Assembly: GCA_963783575.1 (NCBI GenBank)
Contig: CAWAOD010000009.1
Span: 608,001 to 672,000, forward strand
Source of the DNA: an uncultured Spirochaetota bacterium
GTDB taxonomy: Bacteria; Spirochaetota; Brevinematia; Brevinematales; JAOACQ01
DNA length: 64,000 nucleotides
Reading direction: 5' to 3'
The position numbers were made by a program, and so were the translations under genes. The notes beneath the pieces were generated by a model. The model saw nothing but the letters and a program-made list of their open reading frames with translations, was not told where the DNA came from and searched no databases. Shown here piece after piece: positions 31,958 to 42,305 of the stretch (the stretch's first letter is position 1; every line of letters starts with the position of its first letter).

Positions 31958-33254
31958 ATGATCAATTCATTAAATAGGGTAGATCAGGTAAATAAATATC
32001 CTATTTCCGATTTTGTAGAAAGATATTTCAATCTCTGGAAAGAAACAGGGACGAATTTCACCGATATGAATACAAAATATTCAATACCAGTTAAAAAGAA
32101 AAAGGAAATTGAAACAATAAATTTTATCGATCAATTTAGTGAAAAGCTTAATTTACTGAATGGACTTGGAACCAGTGATGAAGAAGACCGGAAAGGTTTA
32201 TTGGATAAAGTCAGAAATTTTGGAAAGAAAACCCTGGATTTCAGCGAAGATCATTTGAATTTGCTTTTTTCCAAAGGTTATATTTCTTCAACAGAGGATT
32301 TTATCAGGGAAGCCAAAAATTTCGATAAGGATATCAAGGTCCGGGACATTTACCAGGCTATCAGGAACGTCTGGATTGCCAACAGTATCCAGATTTTTGC
32401 TGGTAAAAAGATAGAGCTTACTCCACCGATTTTTGCATACAGCATGCTTTATCCCTATACAGATAATTATTCTCGACAATCCGTATGTCCCAATGAAAGA
32501 TAAGAATATTTTTAATATGAGACTCCGAAATATTCTGAATGGAATTAAAACAGAGCCTTTAAATTTATATGAAAATAAAGTGTTTGATCTAATTTATAAA
32601 ATTGAAGCATGCTTCGACAGAATAAAATATCCCGGTGTATATGAAGGTCTTCTGGCTATTCATGACGCCCAGGAGAAAAGCCTGCAGCTTCATCATAAAA
32701 CCGGTATTCCATCTGATCCCGAAGAAATACTGAAAATAAGCATTGAAAAGGGTGGAACTTCGGTACTTGCGGACGGTTACCTGGTTCTTGGAGAAATGGA
32801 TTATTCAAAGGCTGATTTTGCTTTCGGATACGGCGTTTTACTTCAATTTGCCGATGACCTTCAGGATATGACCGAAGATTTGGAAAATCAACATCAAACC
32901 ATATTTACAAATATACACAAGGATAAAAGACCGGATGAACTTGTAAATAAGCTAAACCGGTTTATTACAAAAGTTCTGGCAAATGTCTGTACAAAATCTC
33001 CTTCGTCTTTCAATATCCTGAACCTTATAGAATCATGCTGCGGGTTTTTGATAATGGATGCTGTTTCAAGAAATAGGGTTTTTTTTTCAGATAAATTTGT
33101 TAATAGGATGGAAAAATATTCTCTCACTCGTTTCAAATTCAGGGAAAAAGTCATTGATTTATATTCAAGGAAATTTTCAGAAATAGATTTTGATAAAATA
33201 ATCGGCAGCATGATGGCCTGCCCTGAGCTAACAGACTGTGTGAAAACTCAGTAA
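31958..33254 (+). CDS. Class I isoprenoid synthase-like protein; apparent +1 frameshift at ~32470; last codons supplied by IS1182
   Basis: YPYTDNY(L)D and EKGGTSVLADG...LQFADDLQD Asp-rich motifs across two frames. Confidence 0.6.
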
Positions 33255-34923
33255 AATTTTATAGTAAAATCGATTAATTATACAAAAACTCCATTTTTTG
33301 ATATATTTTTCAAGCTAAAAAAATCTTAGTTTAAAAAATCTATCCGAAAACGATAAACGATGGTTTATTAGCATCAAACCAGAGTCATAAGTCTCTTTAT
33401 TCCCAATATATTCAATACTTTTATTAAATTATGAATGAATCCTGCCAAACTGGATTCCGTCAGAACGCCATCCTTTCCCTTCATTAAAAAATAACTGTAA
33501 CCCATATTCCTTTTTATCGATCCAAATGGATGTTCACATATCTCTTTCCTTTTCTCTATGATCTTTTTCCCGGCTTCAGAACGAATTTTCCTCTTGAAGT
33601 TCTCAATTTCTTCTTTTCTAACTGGTACTTTGATACTTCGTCCTTCCACGCTTTCAGTACACTTATTTCTTACTTCACATTGGCTGCATAAGCCGCACTT
33701 GTACCTGACTATCTCTTTTCCTCCATTGACCTTCTCTACTTTTTTCCCATTTCTCACTAATGGGTTTCCCTCCGGACAATAATAAACATTTTGTCCCGGA
33801 TCATATTTGAATTTATCAACCTGGTATTCTTCAGCAGGTACTCCTTTATTATCTTCTTTGCCTCGAATCCTTGCCTTATGTCCGTCATCCGGATTCGGCA
33901 TATATACGTTATGTCCCTTATCTATACATTCCAGTATCTGCGGTTCGCTGTAATAACCGGCATCCGATACTTTGACCGTTTCAGTCTCTACCTTAAGCTC
34001 GTCCTTTATTTCTTCTACTCGGTCACACATTCCTGCCATCTGTTTGATATCATTGTTTTCATTCGTCACATCAATCACCACAATCAGTTTATTCGCATCA
34101 TCTACTGCCATCTGCAGATTATATGCAATGTCGGATTTCCCTTTATCATTCATAAACCGGCTTTCCGGGTCATTTGAATAATATTTCTCCATTTCAGGAT
34201 TTCCCTCAAAAATCTTTTTAATAGCCTCAACTTTATCCTTTTTTGTTTTCATTTTCTTTAAACGTTCCGCTATCTTTCCGGAAAGAAATTCAAATTCATT
34301 CTTTTCTTCCTTATCGTTCTTATCCATCTCATTCAAATATTCTTCGATCTTTTGATCTATTCTATGTATGATTTCTTCTATGTTTTTCCTATGATAAACA
34401 TTGTTATTGTGGTTTTGCGCACTGATCTTGGTTCCATCTATTCCAACAACGTCAAATGATAAAAGCCCGGCTTTATGACATATCTTCAAAAATTCTCTGA
34501 ATATCGACTGTATTCCCTTCTTATTATCTTTCCTGAAGTCGGCAATCGTCTTGAAATCCGGCGCTAGTCGTCCAGTCAGCCACATCAACTCTGTGTTTCT
34601 TCGGCACTCTCTCTCTAATTTCCTGCTTGTCCTGATTTTATTCAAATATCCGTAAATATAGATTTTTAAAAGTATTTCGGATTTATATGAACTTCTGCCG
34701 GTTGATGCTTCTTTTACTTTAAAACCAACTCCTTTCATATTTAGCTTATCAACAAAAATATCTATAAACCTTACCGGATCTTCTTCTCCTAACAGATCTT
34801 CCAGTGTTTCATTGAACAGAACTATCTGATCCCTTGATTCTCCCTCAATATGCTTCATCTTTTACTCCGATTATTTTTGTTCTAATAATTATAGCATATT
34901 TACTGTGTTTTCACACAGTCTGT
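33231..34923 (-). mobile_element. IS1182-family insertion sequence
   Basis: 25-bp terminal inverted repeats ACAGACTGTGTGAAAAC(T/A)CAGTAAA with one mismatch. Confidence 0.9.
33374..34858 (-). CDS. IS1182-family transposase
   Basis: PDFKTIADFRK, IDGTKI, YNLQ, DAGY, CPEG and EHPFG motifs. Confidence 0.92.
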   Translation of the reverse strand: MKHIEGESRDQIVLFNETLEDLLGEEDPVRFIDIFVDKLNMKGVGFKVKEASTGRSSYKSEILLKIYIYGYLNKIRTSRKLERECRRNTELMWLTGRLAPDFKTIADFRKDNKKGIQSIFREFLKICHKAGLLSFDVVGIDGTKISAQNHNNNVYHRKNIEEIIHRIDQKIEEYLNEMDKNDKEEKNEFEFLSGKIAERLKKMKTKKDKVEAIKKIFEGNPEMEKYYSNDPESRFMNDKGKSDIAYNLQMAVDDANKLIVVIDVTNENNDIKQMAGMCDRVEEIKDELKVETETVKVSDAGYYSEPQILECIDKGHNVYMPNPDDGHKARIRGKEDNKGVPAEEYQVDKFKYDPGQNVYYCPEGNPLVRNGKKVEKVNGGKEIVRYKCGLCSQCEVRNKCTESVEGRSIKVPVRKEEIENFKRKIRSEAGKKIIEKRKEICEHPFGSIKRNMGYSYFLMKGKDGVLTESSLAGFIHNLIKVLNILGIKRLMTLV

Positions 34924-34975
34924 AGACGAAGGGTTGCATCCAAATGTTTAAATAAATCTTATTTTATATCCCGGT

Positions 34976-34990
34976 CAAGCGGAACGCTTG
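34976..34990. repeat. Short palindromic repeat (copy 2)
   Basis: CAAGCG-GAA-CGCTTG directly abutting the stop codon at 34991. Confidence 0.65.
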
Positions 34991-36508
34991 TTAATCCTGC
35001 ATAAGCATACTGAGGATTGAAAAGAAAAGCCTGTCCTTTCCCAGGTATTTAACCTGAAATTCCTTTATAATATCAACAATCTCATCCCTGGACGCCGCCC
35101 CCATTTTGTCATAAATATTCGACATATGGGATTTCAGGGTATTTTCAGAGAATTTTAATTTTTTCGCGATCTCTTTATACTTATATCCCTGAGCAAGAAG
35201 GTTCATTATCTCCTTTTCCCTCGATGTAAAAGAGTATTGTTTAAAAAATGAATCGTCAGGAAGTATTGTAGATAAAAAGAATGGTTTTATATCGATGGCC
35301 AAAGCTCTTAAGCCGCAGACCAGCCCGTTTTTAAAAATAGGTGTTGCACTCAATAGTGTATTAATATAGTTTCCGCCCTTTTTTTTGATCCTGTATTGTC
35401 TGAGTATTAGGCTTTTTCCGTTTAAGACTGCCAGATAATCATTTTTTATCCTTTCACGATCGGCGGGATGGAAAATATCCGGATTCACTTCTTCTTTATC
35501 GTAACCGTAAGTATTTAAAAAATTCTTATTAATATAATGGACTTTCATCTTATTATCTGTTTCGACAATTGAAGCCGGAAGAAAATCCGCCATCTCCCGG
35601 AATACTTCCCCATCATGCCTTAAAGCGGTTTCCATCTGCTTTAATTCTGTAATATCAACAGCGGTTATTGCAAGCAGCCTGGATTTTCCATCTCGTATTA
35701 GCGTTCCATTTAATAACATCGGAATTTCCAACCCGGAAATATTTCTGTGCAAGATTTCCTTACTGCAGAATTCATTTTCTATTCTTAAAAGTTCAGCCAA
35801 TTTTCCCTTTTCATCATCAGAAAAATAATTTTGCAGATTATTCCCTGTCAAATCCTCCGGTTTGTATCCGAGTATTTTTGAATATGCGCTGTTAATGTAT
35901 ATAATATAAGCCATTGAATCGAGAAAAACAACACCATAATTGGCATTATCCATTACACGCTTAAAAATCTTTATTTCATTTTCCGCTTTTTTCCGCCTTT
36001 CCACCTCATCCAATAGTTCACCTGTCCTTTCTATAACTTTTATTTCAAGATTTTTATTTAAATCTTCCAGTTGAGCCTGTTTGATCCTCAGAGCGTTATC
36101 TGCCTTATGTCTGTAAAGAGCGAATTCAATTATAATTGACAATTCCCTGTTTTTATATGGTTTCATAATATATCCATACGGCTCGGATATTTTAGCCCGA
36201 TGTACCGTTGTCTCATCGGAATATGCCGTAATGTAGACGACAGGAATATCGAATTTCCGCCGGATTTCTTCTGCTACGCCAATGCCATCCCCGTCCATCT
36301 TTAAAACTATATCCATTAAAACCAGATCTGGTTTATTAATTTCTATTATACCCATAGCTTCATCCCTGGAATCAACCAGACCAATAATATCGTAGCCCAT
36401 GTTTTCAAGATTCATCTGTAGGCCCATTCCGATTATTATTTCATCTTCCACGATAAGTATTCTGGTTTTCTTAACCTGATCCATAAGGATTTCCTTAATT
36501 TCTGGCAA
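34991..36508 (-). CDS. Response regulator: REC-PAS-PAS-LuxR HTH
   Basis: ILIVEDE...DLVLMDI...KP, two PAS/PAC segments, FTSREKEIMNLLAQG...TLKSHMSNIYDK. Start may be ATG 36484. Confidence 0.85.
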   Translation of the reverse strand: MPEIKEILMDQVKKTRILIVEDEIIIGMGLQMNLENMGYDIIGLVDSRDEAMGIIEINKPDLVLMDIVLKMDGDGIGVAEEIRRKFDIPVVYITAYSDETTVHRAKISEPYGYIMKPYKNRELSIIIEFALYRHKADNALRIKQAQLEDLNKNLEIKVIERTGELLDEVERRKKAENEIKIFKRVMDNANYGVVFLDSMAYIIYINSAYSKILGYKPEDLTGNNLQNYFSDDEKGKLAELLRIENEFCSKEILHRNISGLEIPMLLNGTLIRDGKSRLLAITAVDITELKQMETALRHDGEVFREMADFLPASIVETDNKMKVHYINKNFLNTYGYDKEEVNPDIFHPADRERIKNDYLAVLNGKSLILRQYRIKKKGGNYINTLLSATPIFKNGLVCGLRALAIDIKPFFLSTILPDDSFFKQYSFTSREKEIMNLLAQGYKYKEIAKKLKFSENTLKSHMSNIYDKMGAASRDEIVDIIKEFQVKYLGKDRLFFSILSMLMQD

Positions 36509-36529
36509 ACGGCGGCTAATCTTTTATTG

Positions 36530-37891
36530 TTAAAATATTTCCGGATCATATTCAATATTTAGTTCCTTGATTTTTTTATGAAGATAAGTCCTTTCAATAG
36601 CCAGCGATTCGGCTGTTTTTGTAATATTATTGTTGTATTTAATAAGCCGGTTAATTATCAGATTCTTTTCAAAATCCTTTTTTGCATTTTTTAGATTTTT
36701 ATTCTCATACTTCGAATCTATATTGGCTTCTTCCGGATAGCATTGTTTTAATACATCCTCCGAATCGATAACGGATTTATTGGTTAAAATAGTAAGCCTT
36801 TCTACAAAATTACGAAGCTCACGAACGTTACCCGCCCATTTCCTGCTCATAAGAACATGTATGGCATTTTTAGTTATTGATATTGATTTGCCGCTTTTCT
36901 CAGAAATTTCACCGATAAAAAAATTAACCAATAGTTCAACGTCATCTCTTCTTTCCCTGAGCGGTGGAATCTGGATCGGAATAACATTCAGCCTGTAAAA
37001 TAGATCCTGCCTGAAGTTTCCGGCTTTAATTTCACCGGCAAGATCCTTATTTGTCGCGGCAAGTATTCGTACATCAATCTTAATTATCTCACTTCCGCCA
37101 ACCCTTTCAATCTCTCTTTCCTGGATCACCCTTAAAACCTTGGCCTGTGCGGACTGGCTTAAATCCGCAACCTCATCCAGAAAGATCGTTCCCCTGTGAG
37201 CCAGTTCAAATTTACCTTTTTTTTGTTTGACAGCCCCGGTAAAAGCCCCCTTCTCAAATCCAAAAAGTTCTGATTCTATAAGGTTTTCAGGTATAGCAGC
37301 GCAGTTTACTCCAATAAACGGGTAGTGTTTTCTTCCACTGTAATTGTGAATCATCCTGGCAATCAATTCTTTCCCTGTTCCATTTTCACCTGTAATTAAA
37401 ACCGATGCCTCGCTCTGTGAAATCTGGGGAAGGCTGTCAAGTATAACCCTAATAATCCGGCTTTCACCGATAAAGCTGGCCGGTTTTTCAAGCCTGGATC
37501 TTAAATTCAGGTTTTCCATCTGAAGTTCTTTAAGCTTCACCGCATTTCGCACCGAACTCAAAATTCTTTCTATCGACAAAGGTTTTTCAATAAAATCAAA
37601 GGCACCCCTCTTCATAGCTTCAACCGCCATTTTGATATCCCCATGTCCCGAGATGATTACAACAGGTATCAGTGGAAATTCATTATGAATATAATTGAGC
37701 ACTTCCATACCACCTTTTTTCGGCAGCATTACGTCAAGAATTACGGTGTCAATATCTTCCAGCATTACTTTTTTTTGGGCATCTTCGCCATCAGGTGAAG
37801 TAATAACCGAATAATTCTCATCATGAAGAATATCTGTTATCGTTTCCCGAATGCTTTCCTCATCGTCCACCACCAAAATGGTGCTTTTCAT
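36530..37891 (-). CDS. Sigma54-dependent response regulator (NtrX/NtrC family)
   Basis: REC, GENGTGKE, GAFTGA, FRQDLFYRLNV and Fis-type HTH. Confidence 0.92.
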   Translation of the reverse strand: MKSTILVVDDEESIRETITDILHDENYSVITSPDGEDAQKKVMLEDIDTVILDVMLPKKGGMEVLNYIHNEFPLIPVVIISGHGDIKMAVEAMKRGAFDFIEKPLSIERILSSVRNAVKLKELQMENLNLRSRLEKPASFIGESRIIRVILDSLPQISQSEASVLITGENGTGKELIARMIHNYSGRKHYPFIGVNCAAIPENLIESELFGFEKGAFTGAVKQKKGKFELAHRGTIFLDEVADLSQSAQAKVLRVIQEREIERVGGSEIIKIDVRILAATNKDLAGEIKAGNFRQDLFYRLNVIPIQIPPLRERRDDVELLVNFFIGEISEKSGKSISITKNAIHVLMSRKWAGNVRELRNFVERLTILTNKSVIDSEDVLKQCYPEEANIDSKYENKNLKNAKKDFEKNLIINRLIKYNNNITKTAESLAIERTYLHKKIKELNIEYDPEIF

Positions 37892-37908
37892 TAAAAACTC
37901 CTTTATGT

Positions 37909-39558
37909 TTAACCCGGTAGCTGTATATAAAAAACTGTTCCCTTTTCTCCTGTTTCAAACCATAAGTTTCCATTATGTTCAAGGACAATCCTTTCGGCAA
38001 TAGCCAGCCCGATTCCACTGCCGTTTTGTTTGGTCGTTAAATAAGGCTCAAACATTTTTTCCTGAATATCTTTCGGTATCCCTTTACCTTTATCTGCAAT
38101 CGATATGATGAAATTATTTTCCAAAGGGCGAGCTGCAACAGTGACCACTTTCTCCATATTATCACTTGCTTCTATAGCATTATTGACGAGGTTAATAATA
38201 ACCTGGCGTATCTGATTTTCATCGATAGTTAGAAAAGACTCCTCCGGTTCCATTTTTCTAATAATCTTAAAATCAGGATAAGCCCCCTGAAAGAAATCCA
38301 TTGTATCATTTAAAATAGAAATGATATCCTTTTTTTCCATCTTTGGATTCGGAAGCCTGGCAAATTGTGAATATTCATTAACAAGATTTTCAAGCCTTTT
38401 GGTTTCATTTATAATTGTTGAAGTTGTTTTATTAAGAATTTCCTTGAATTCGCCAGGCTTTGTATCATAAGCATAGAGAAGCCTTTCGGCGGATAATTTT
38501 ATCGGGGTCAAAGGGTTCTTTACTTCATGCGCAAGTTTCCTGGCCATTTCCTGCCAGGCTTCGAGCCTTTCCATTCTTTTAATTTGCTTATAAGCGGTTT
38601 TCAGCTTGGTCGCCATAGAATTAAAATGATATGCCAGATCGCCGATCTCATCATGGGTATGAACCTGAACTTTATAATCCAGGTTGCCCCCCGCGATGAT
38701 CTTAGTCCCATTAGCTATTGCCTCAATAGGAACTGTAATATTCTTCGCAACATATAAACTCACAAAAAAAACGCCGATCAGGATCGGCACTGTAAGCATA
38801 GATATTGACAATACGGAAACAGGCAGAATATACTGCTTTAAAAACCTTAGCTGGTATAATGTATCTGAAATATTTTTAAGGTTGATAAAAGCCTCGGTTA
38901 ACTCCCTGGGCATAAGTTCGGCATAATATTCTCCGCCTTTCTTTACTATTATAATCTTCGGAATTTCACCAAGATAAAAGTATTTTTCTTTTAAATCCGA
39001 GAAATAATTTATTATATTTTCCCCGGATTCCTGTATATTTTTCCGGATATCATCAATATCACTTTTTTTAAAAATTATTGTGTTTTTATGAATTATAAAA
39101 ACTACCGGAAATTTACCGGATTCATTATTAAGGAGGTAGTTCATATTCAGTTCGTATTCTTTCTTATTCATATTTATCATATTCTGGTAGCTGTTCAGAA
39201 GGTTATCCGCGACCTTTCGTTCCCTGTCAATAAATATATTTTCGATCAGTAATATCAATGTAAACATCATTGTTCCGAAAACTAGAATAAAACCCAGTGT
39301 GGTCAATAAAAAATATGCTGTTATCCTGCCCCTTAATTTATATCCCCTTATGCCTTTTTTTTGAAAAAAGAAAAGCTTAATAAAATTGAATAAAAGCCAT
39401 AAGCCAAGAAAAGTCACAATAAAAAAAATCGCTGGAACCGCTGTTTTCAAAGTTGTATTGGCTTGAATCGAATATAACCAATAGTAGATACCAAATGCGG
39501 CCGAAAAAGACAGGAAAAAAATAAGAAGTAAGATTAAAAACGTAAACCTTTTACTCAT
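37909..39558 (-). CDS. NtrY-like HAMP sensor histidine kinase
   Basis: AWQEMARKLAHEVKNPLTPI plus N and G boxes. Confidence 0.9.
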   Translation of the reverse strand: MSKRFTFLILLLIFFLSFSAAFGIYYWLYSIQANTTLKTAVPAIFFIVTFLGLWLLFNFIKLFFFQKKGIRGYKLRGRITAYFLLTTLGFILVFGTMMFTLILLIENIFIDRERKVADNLLNSYQNMINMNKKEYELNMNYLLNNESGKFPVVFIIHKNTIIFKKSDIDDIRKNIQESGENIINYFSDLKEKYFYLGEIPKIIIVKKGGEYYAELMPRELTEAFINLKNISDTLYQLRFLKQYILPVSVLSISMLTVPILIGVFFVSLYVAKNITVPIEAIANGTKIIAGGNLDYKVQVHTHDEIGDLAYHFNSMATKLKTAYKQIKRMERLEAWQEMARKLAHEVKNPLTPIKLSAERLLYAYDTKPGEFKEILNKTTSTIINETKRLENLVNEYSQFARLPNPKMEKKDIISILNDTMDFFQGAYPDFKIIRKMEPEESFLTIDENQIRQVIINLVNNAIEASDNMEKVVTVAARPLENNFIISIADKGKGIPKDIQEKMFEPYLTTKQNGSGIGLAIAERIVLEHNGNLWFETGEKGTVFYIQLPG

Positions 39559-39680
39559 TTAATTATCCATTTATATATAATAAAGCAATATTTTCAAGAC
39601 AAAACGAGGATTAAGCAATTGAATTGAACGTAAGATTATTTTTATTTTTAATAATAAAAAAAGGATAAGATACTATGAAT

Positions 39681-39950
39681 TTAATCTTCATCGAATTTTC
39701 TAATTTCCACTAAATCTCTGATAGCATTAATAGCCTCAATTTCATCTTCTCCATTAGCTATGATTCTTAATATAGTGCCTTTCCCGGCCGCAAGAAGGAG
39801 CAGGTTCATTATACTTTTACAGTTAACTTCGCTATCATCTTTAATTACTTTTATTTCACTGTTATATTGACTTGCGGTATTTGCCATCAAAGAAGAAGGT
39901 CTGGCATGAAGACCATACTCATTTTTCACTGTTACTTTAATTTCTTTCAT
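39681..39950 (-). CDS. ptsH: Phosphocarrier protein HPr
   Basis: GLHARP and KSIMNL motifs. Confidence 0.92.
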   Translation of the reverse strand: MKEIKVTVKNEYGLHARPSSLMANTASQYNSEIKVIKDDSEVNCKSIMNLLLLAAGKGTILRIIANGEDEIEAINAIRDLVEIRKFDED

Positions 39951-40003
39951 CGAATTGTTAAACCTCAAAGAAATAATAATCTATTCTACATTATTTTACC
40001 AAT

Positions 40004-40984
40004 TTATACAACTTCTTTTTCCTTTTTCATGAAATTCAGGATTTTACTATCCAGTTCCTCAGCGGAATTATAGCCCAATCTTCTCATAATCTCCCTGTAT
40101 GCCGCAACTTCTATCAAAAGAGGAACATTTCTTCCCGGACTGACCGGTATTTCTTTTTTTGGAACATCAATACCCAGAATATTGTCATATTTTTCTTCCA
40201 TTCCAAGCCTATCATAACTGTAAGAACTGTCCCATTCATGCAGGTTAATTATCAAACCAAGTTTCTCAGTTTTCAGTATCCTGCCTTCTCCGTAATACTG
40301 AGAAACATTTATTATACCGATGCCGCGTATTTCGAGGAAAGGCCCGTAATTCAAAAAAGGTTCGCCTTTCAATTCAAATCCATGCGCGGTTCTAATCTTT
40401 TTGATTTTTACAATATCATCGCTGATAAATTTATGTCCCCTTTCGATAAGACCGAGTATACTTTCACTTTTCCCGATCCCGCTTTTCCCTGTTATCAATA
40501 CTCCTATATTATAAATTGAAATAAAATTTCCATGCACTGTTAGGGTCGGCGCAAATACATCCAGCAATATTGTGGAAATAAGTGCAATAAACCTTTTACT
40601 GCTGAGTTTTGTTCTAATGAATGGTATTCCGAAGCGGTTACTCTGTTGCAGAATATAATCCGGCACGGAAAAGTTATGCGTGATAATACAAACTGGTATA
40701 TTATAAGAAAAAAACCGGTCAATATTCTCTGTTTTTCCTTCCTGGACAAGCTGTTCAATGTAAGCCACTTCGCCCCTTCCGAAAATCTGTATTCTATCGC
40801 TGGCAAAGCAATCGAAAAAACCCGCTAACGGAAGACCGGGCCGGTTAATTTCCTCGCTTATAATCTGTTTATCAAGGCCTTCGAAACCTGCCAAAACTTC
40901 AAGCTCAAGGGAAAACCCCTGCTCCTCGTCAAACTTTAATAGTTCAGATACCGGAATACTTGACGGACTGGATACCTCATCCAT
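40004..40984 (-). CDS. hprK: HPr kinase/phosphorylase
   Basis: GKSGIGKSE, LEIRGIGII and PGRN. Confidence 0.93.
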   Translation of the reverse strand: MDEVSSPSSIPVSELLKFDEEQGFSLELEVLAGFEGLDKQIISEEINRPGLPLAGFFDCFASDRIQIFGRGEVAYIEQLVQEGKTENIDRFFSYNIPVCIITHNFSVPDYILQQSNRFGIPFIRTKLSSKRFIALISTILLDVFAPTLTVHGNFISIYNIGVLITGKSGIGKSESILGLIERGHKFISDDIVKIKKIRTAHGFELKGEPFLNYGPFLEIRGIGIINVSQYYGEGRILKTEKLGLIINLHEWDSSYSYDRLGMEEKYDNILGIDVPKKEIPVSPGRNVPLLIEVAAYREIMRRLGYNSAEELDSKILNFMKKEKEVV

Positions 40985-40995
40985 ATAAATACCGC

Positions 40996-41289
40996 TTATT
41001 TATGATGATTTTTTACTTTTTCTTTTTTCTTTAATATTTCTTTTTCAATTTTATCGGTAACTTTATCAAAAACTTCCTGCCAGGTCGATTCTGCCTCTTT
41101 GGCAAAATATGTATCGCGGTTAGCACTGACCTTTAATTCCGTGAGATATTTCCCTCTTTGAAGATCCAGTATTACATTGATGTTTATAATTTGTTCATAA
41201 TAAAATTTAAACTTCTGTAGCTTTTTTTCCAGATAGTCTTTCATTTCATCATTAATTTCACAATGCTTTGACGTGTAAGACACAACCAT
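40996..41289 (-). CDS. hpf: Ribosome hibernation factor (short HPF/RaiA)
   Basis: 97 aa with an HPF-like pattern, in its usual position upstream of hprK. Confidence 0.8.
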   Translation of the reverse strand: MVVSYTSKHCEINDEMKDYLEKKLQKFKFYYEQIININVILDLQRGKYLTELKVSANRDTYFAKEAESTWQEVFDKVTDKIEKEILKKKEKVKNHHK

Positions 41290-41326
41290 ATATATCCTCC
41301 GATTTTATTCATTAAAAGATTCTGCG

Positions 41327-42127
41327 TTATTTCAGGAAGCCGTCTTTTATTTTTGCCAGTTTGCCCCTGAGAATCATTATGGCTTTGGTGTGAAGCTGAG
41401 AAACCCTTGATTCGGTAACATTTAGAATGGATCCGATTTCTTTTAAGGTAAGGCCTTCATAATAGTATAAGATAAGAACCTGTTTTTCCCTTTCAGGTAA
41501 ATCCATAAGCGTACGGGCGATCATTTTTTTTATTTCTTCTTTTTCGGCTGCGACATCGGGATTATAAGTATCTGAACTTTCCAGGGTATCTTCGATTGAC
41601 ATAGGGGCATTATCGCTTCCGTCATTCATAAACCAATTCTCATCCATTGATACAAGAGAATTACCGCTCACTCTTAACAACAGGTTATGAAATTCCTGAA
41701 CGCTGATCCCCAATTCCTCTGAGATCTCTTCATCGGTAGCCGATCTTCCTAATTTTGCCTCAAGGTCGGCAATCGCCCTCTCAATTTCCTTTGCCTTCTG
41801 CCTTACCGAACGAGGGAGCCAATCAATAGCACGAAGCTGATCAAATATCGATCCTCGGATTCTTGTAACGGCATAGGTTTTAAATTTAATTTCCCTCTTT
41901 GGGTCAAATTTATCAATTGCATCAATTAAACCGAGAATCCCATAACTGACAAGATCAAAAAATTCCACGGAACTGGGTACATTCATCGCAACTCGCCCGG
42001 CTACGTATTTTACAAGAGGAGCGTATTTTTCTATAAAATAATTTCGTAACTTCTGGTCGTGGTTTTTGACGTAATCATCCCAGAGTTCTTCTTCTGAGCG
42101 CTGGTCAAATTCCTCATAACCTCTCAT
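41327..42127 (-). CDS. fliA: Flagellar sigma factor FliA/WhiG
   Basis: DWLPRSVR and NVTESRVSQLH. Confidence 0.92.
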   Translation of the reverse strand: MRGYEEFDQRSEEELWDDYVKNHDQKLRNYFIEKYAPLVKYVAGRVAMNVPSSVEFFDLVSYGILGLIDAIDKFDPKREIKFKTYAVTRIRGSIFDQLRAIDWLPRSVRQKAKEIERAIADLEAKLGRSATDEEISEELGISVQEFHNLLLRVSGNSLVSMDENWFMNDGSDNAPMSIEDTLESSDTYNPDVAAEKEEIKKMIARTLMDLPEREKQVLILYYYEGLTLKEIGSILNVTESRVSQLHTKAIMILRGKLAKIKDGFLK

Positions 42128-42305
42128 ATAATACTCCCAAGGTTTATCATTAAATGTAAGAACAATGTTTTATACTGCAATCCTAAATTCAAACAGTATA
42201 TTAAAATATTATAAAATTATAAAGCAATATATTTTTTTTTACAATATATGTAAATATTTATATTTGCCGCCCTAACATAATCCATAATTAAATACATCAG
42301 TTGCT

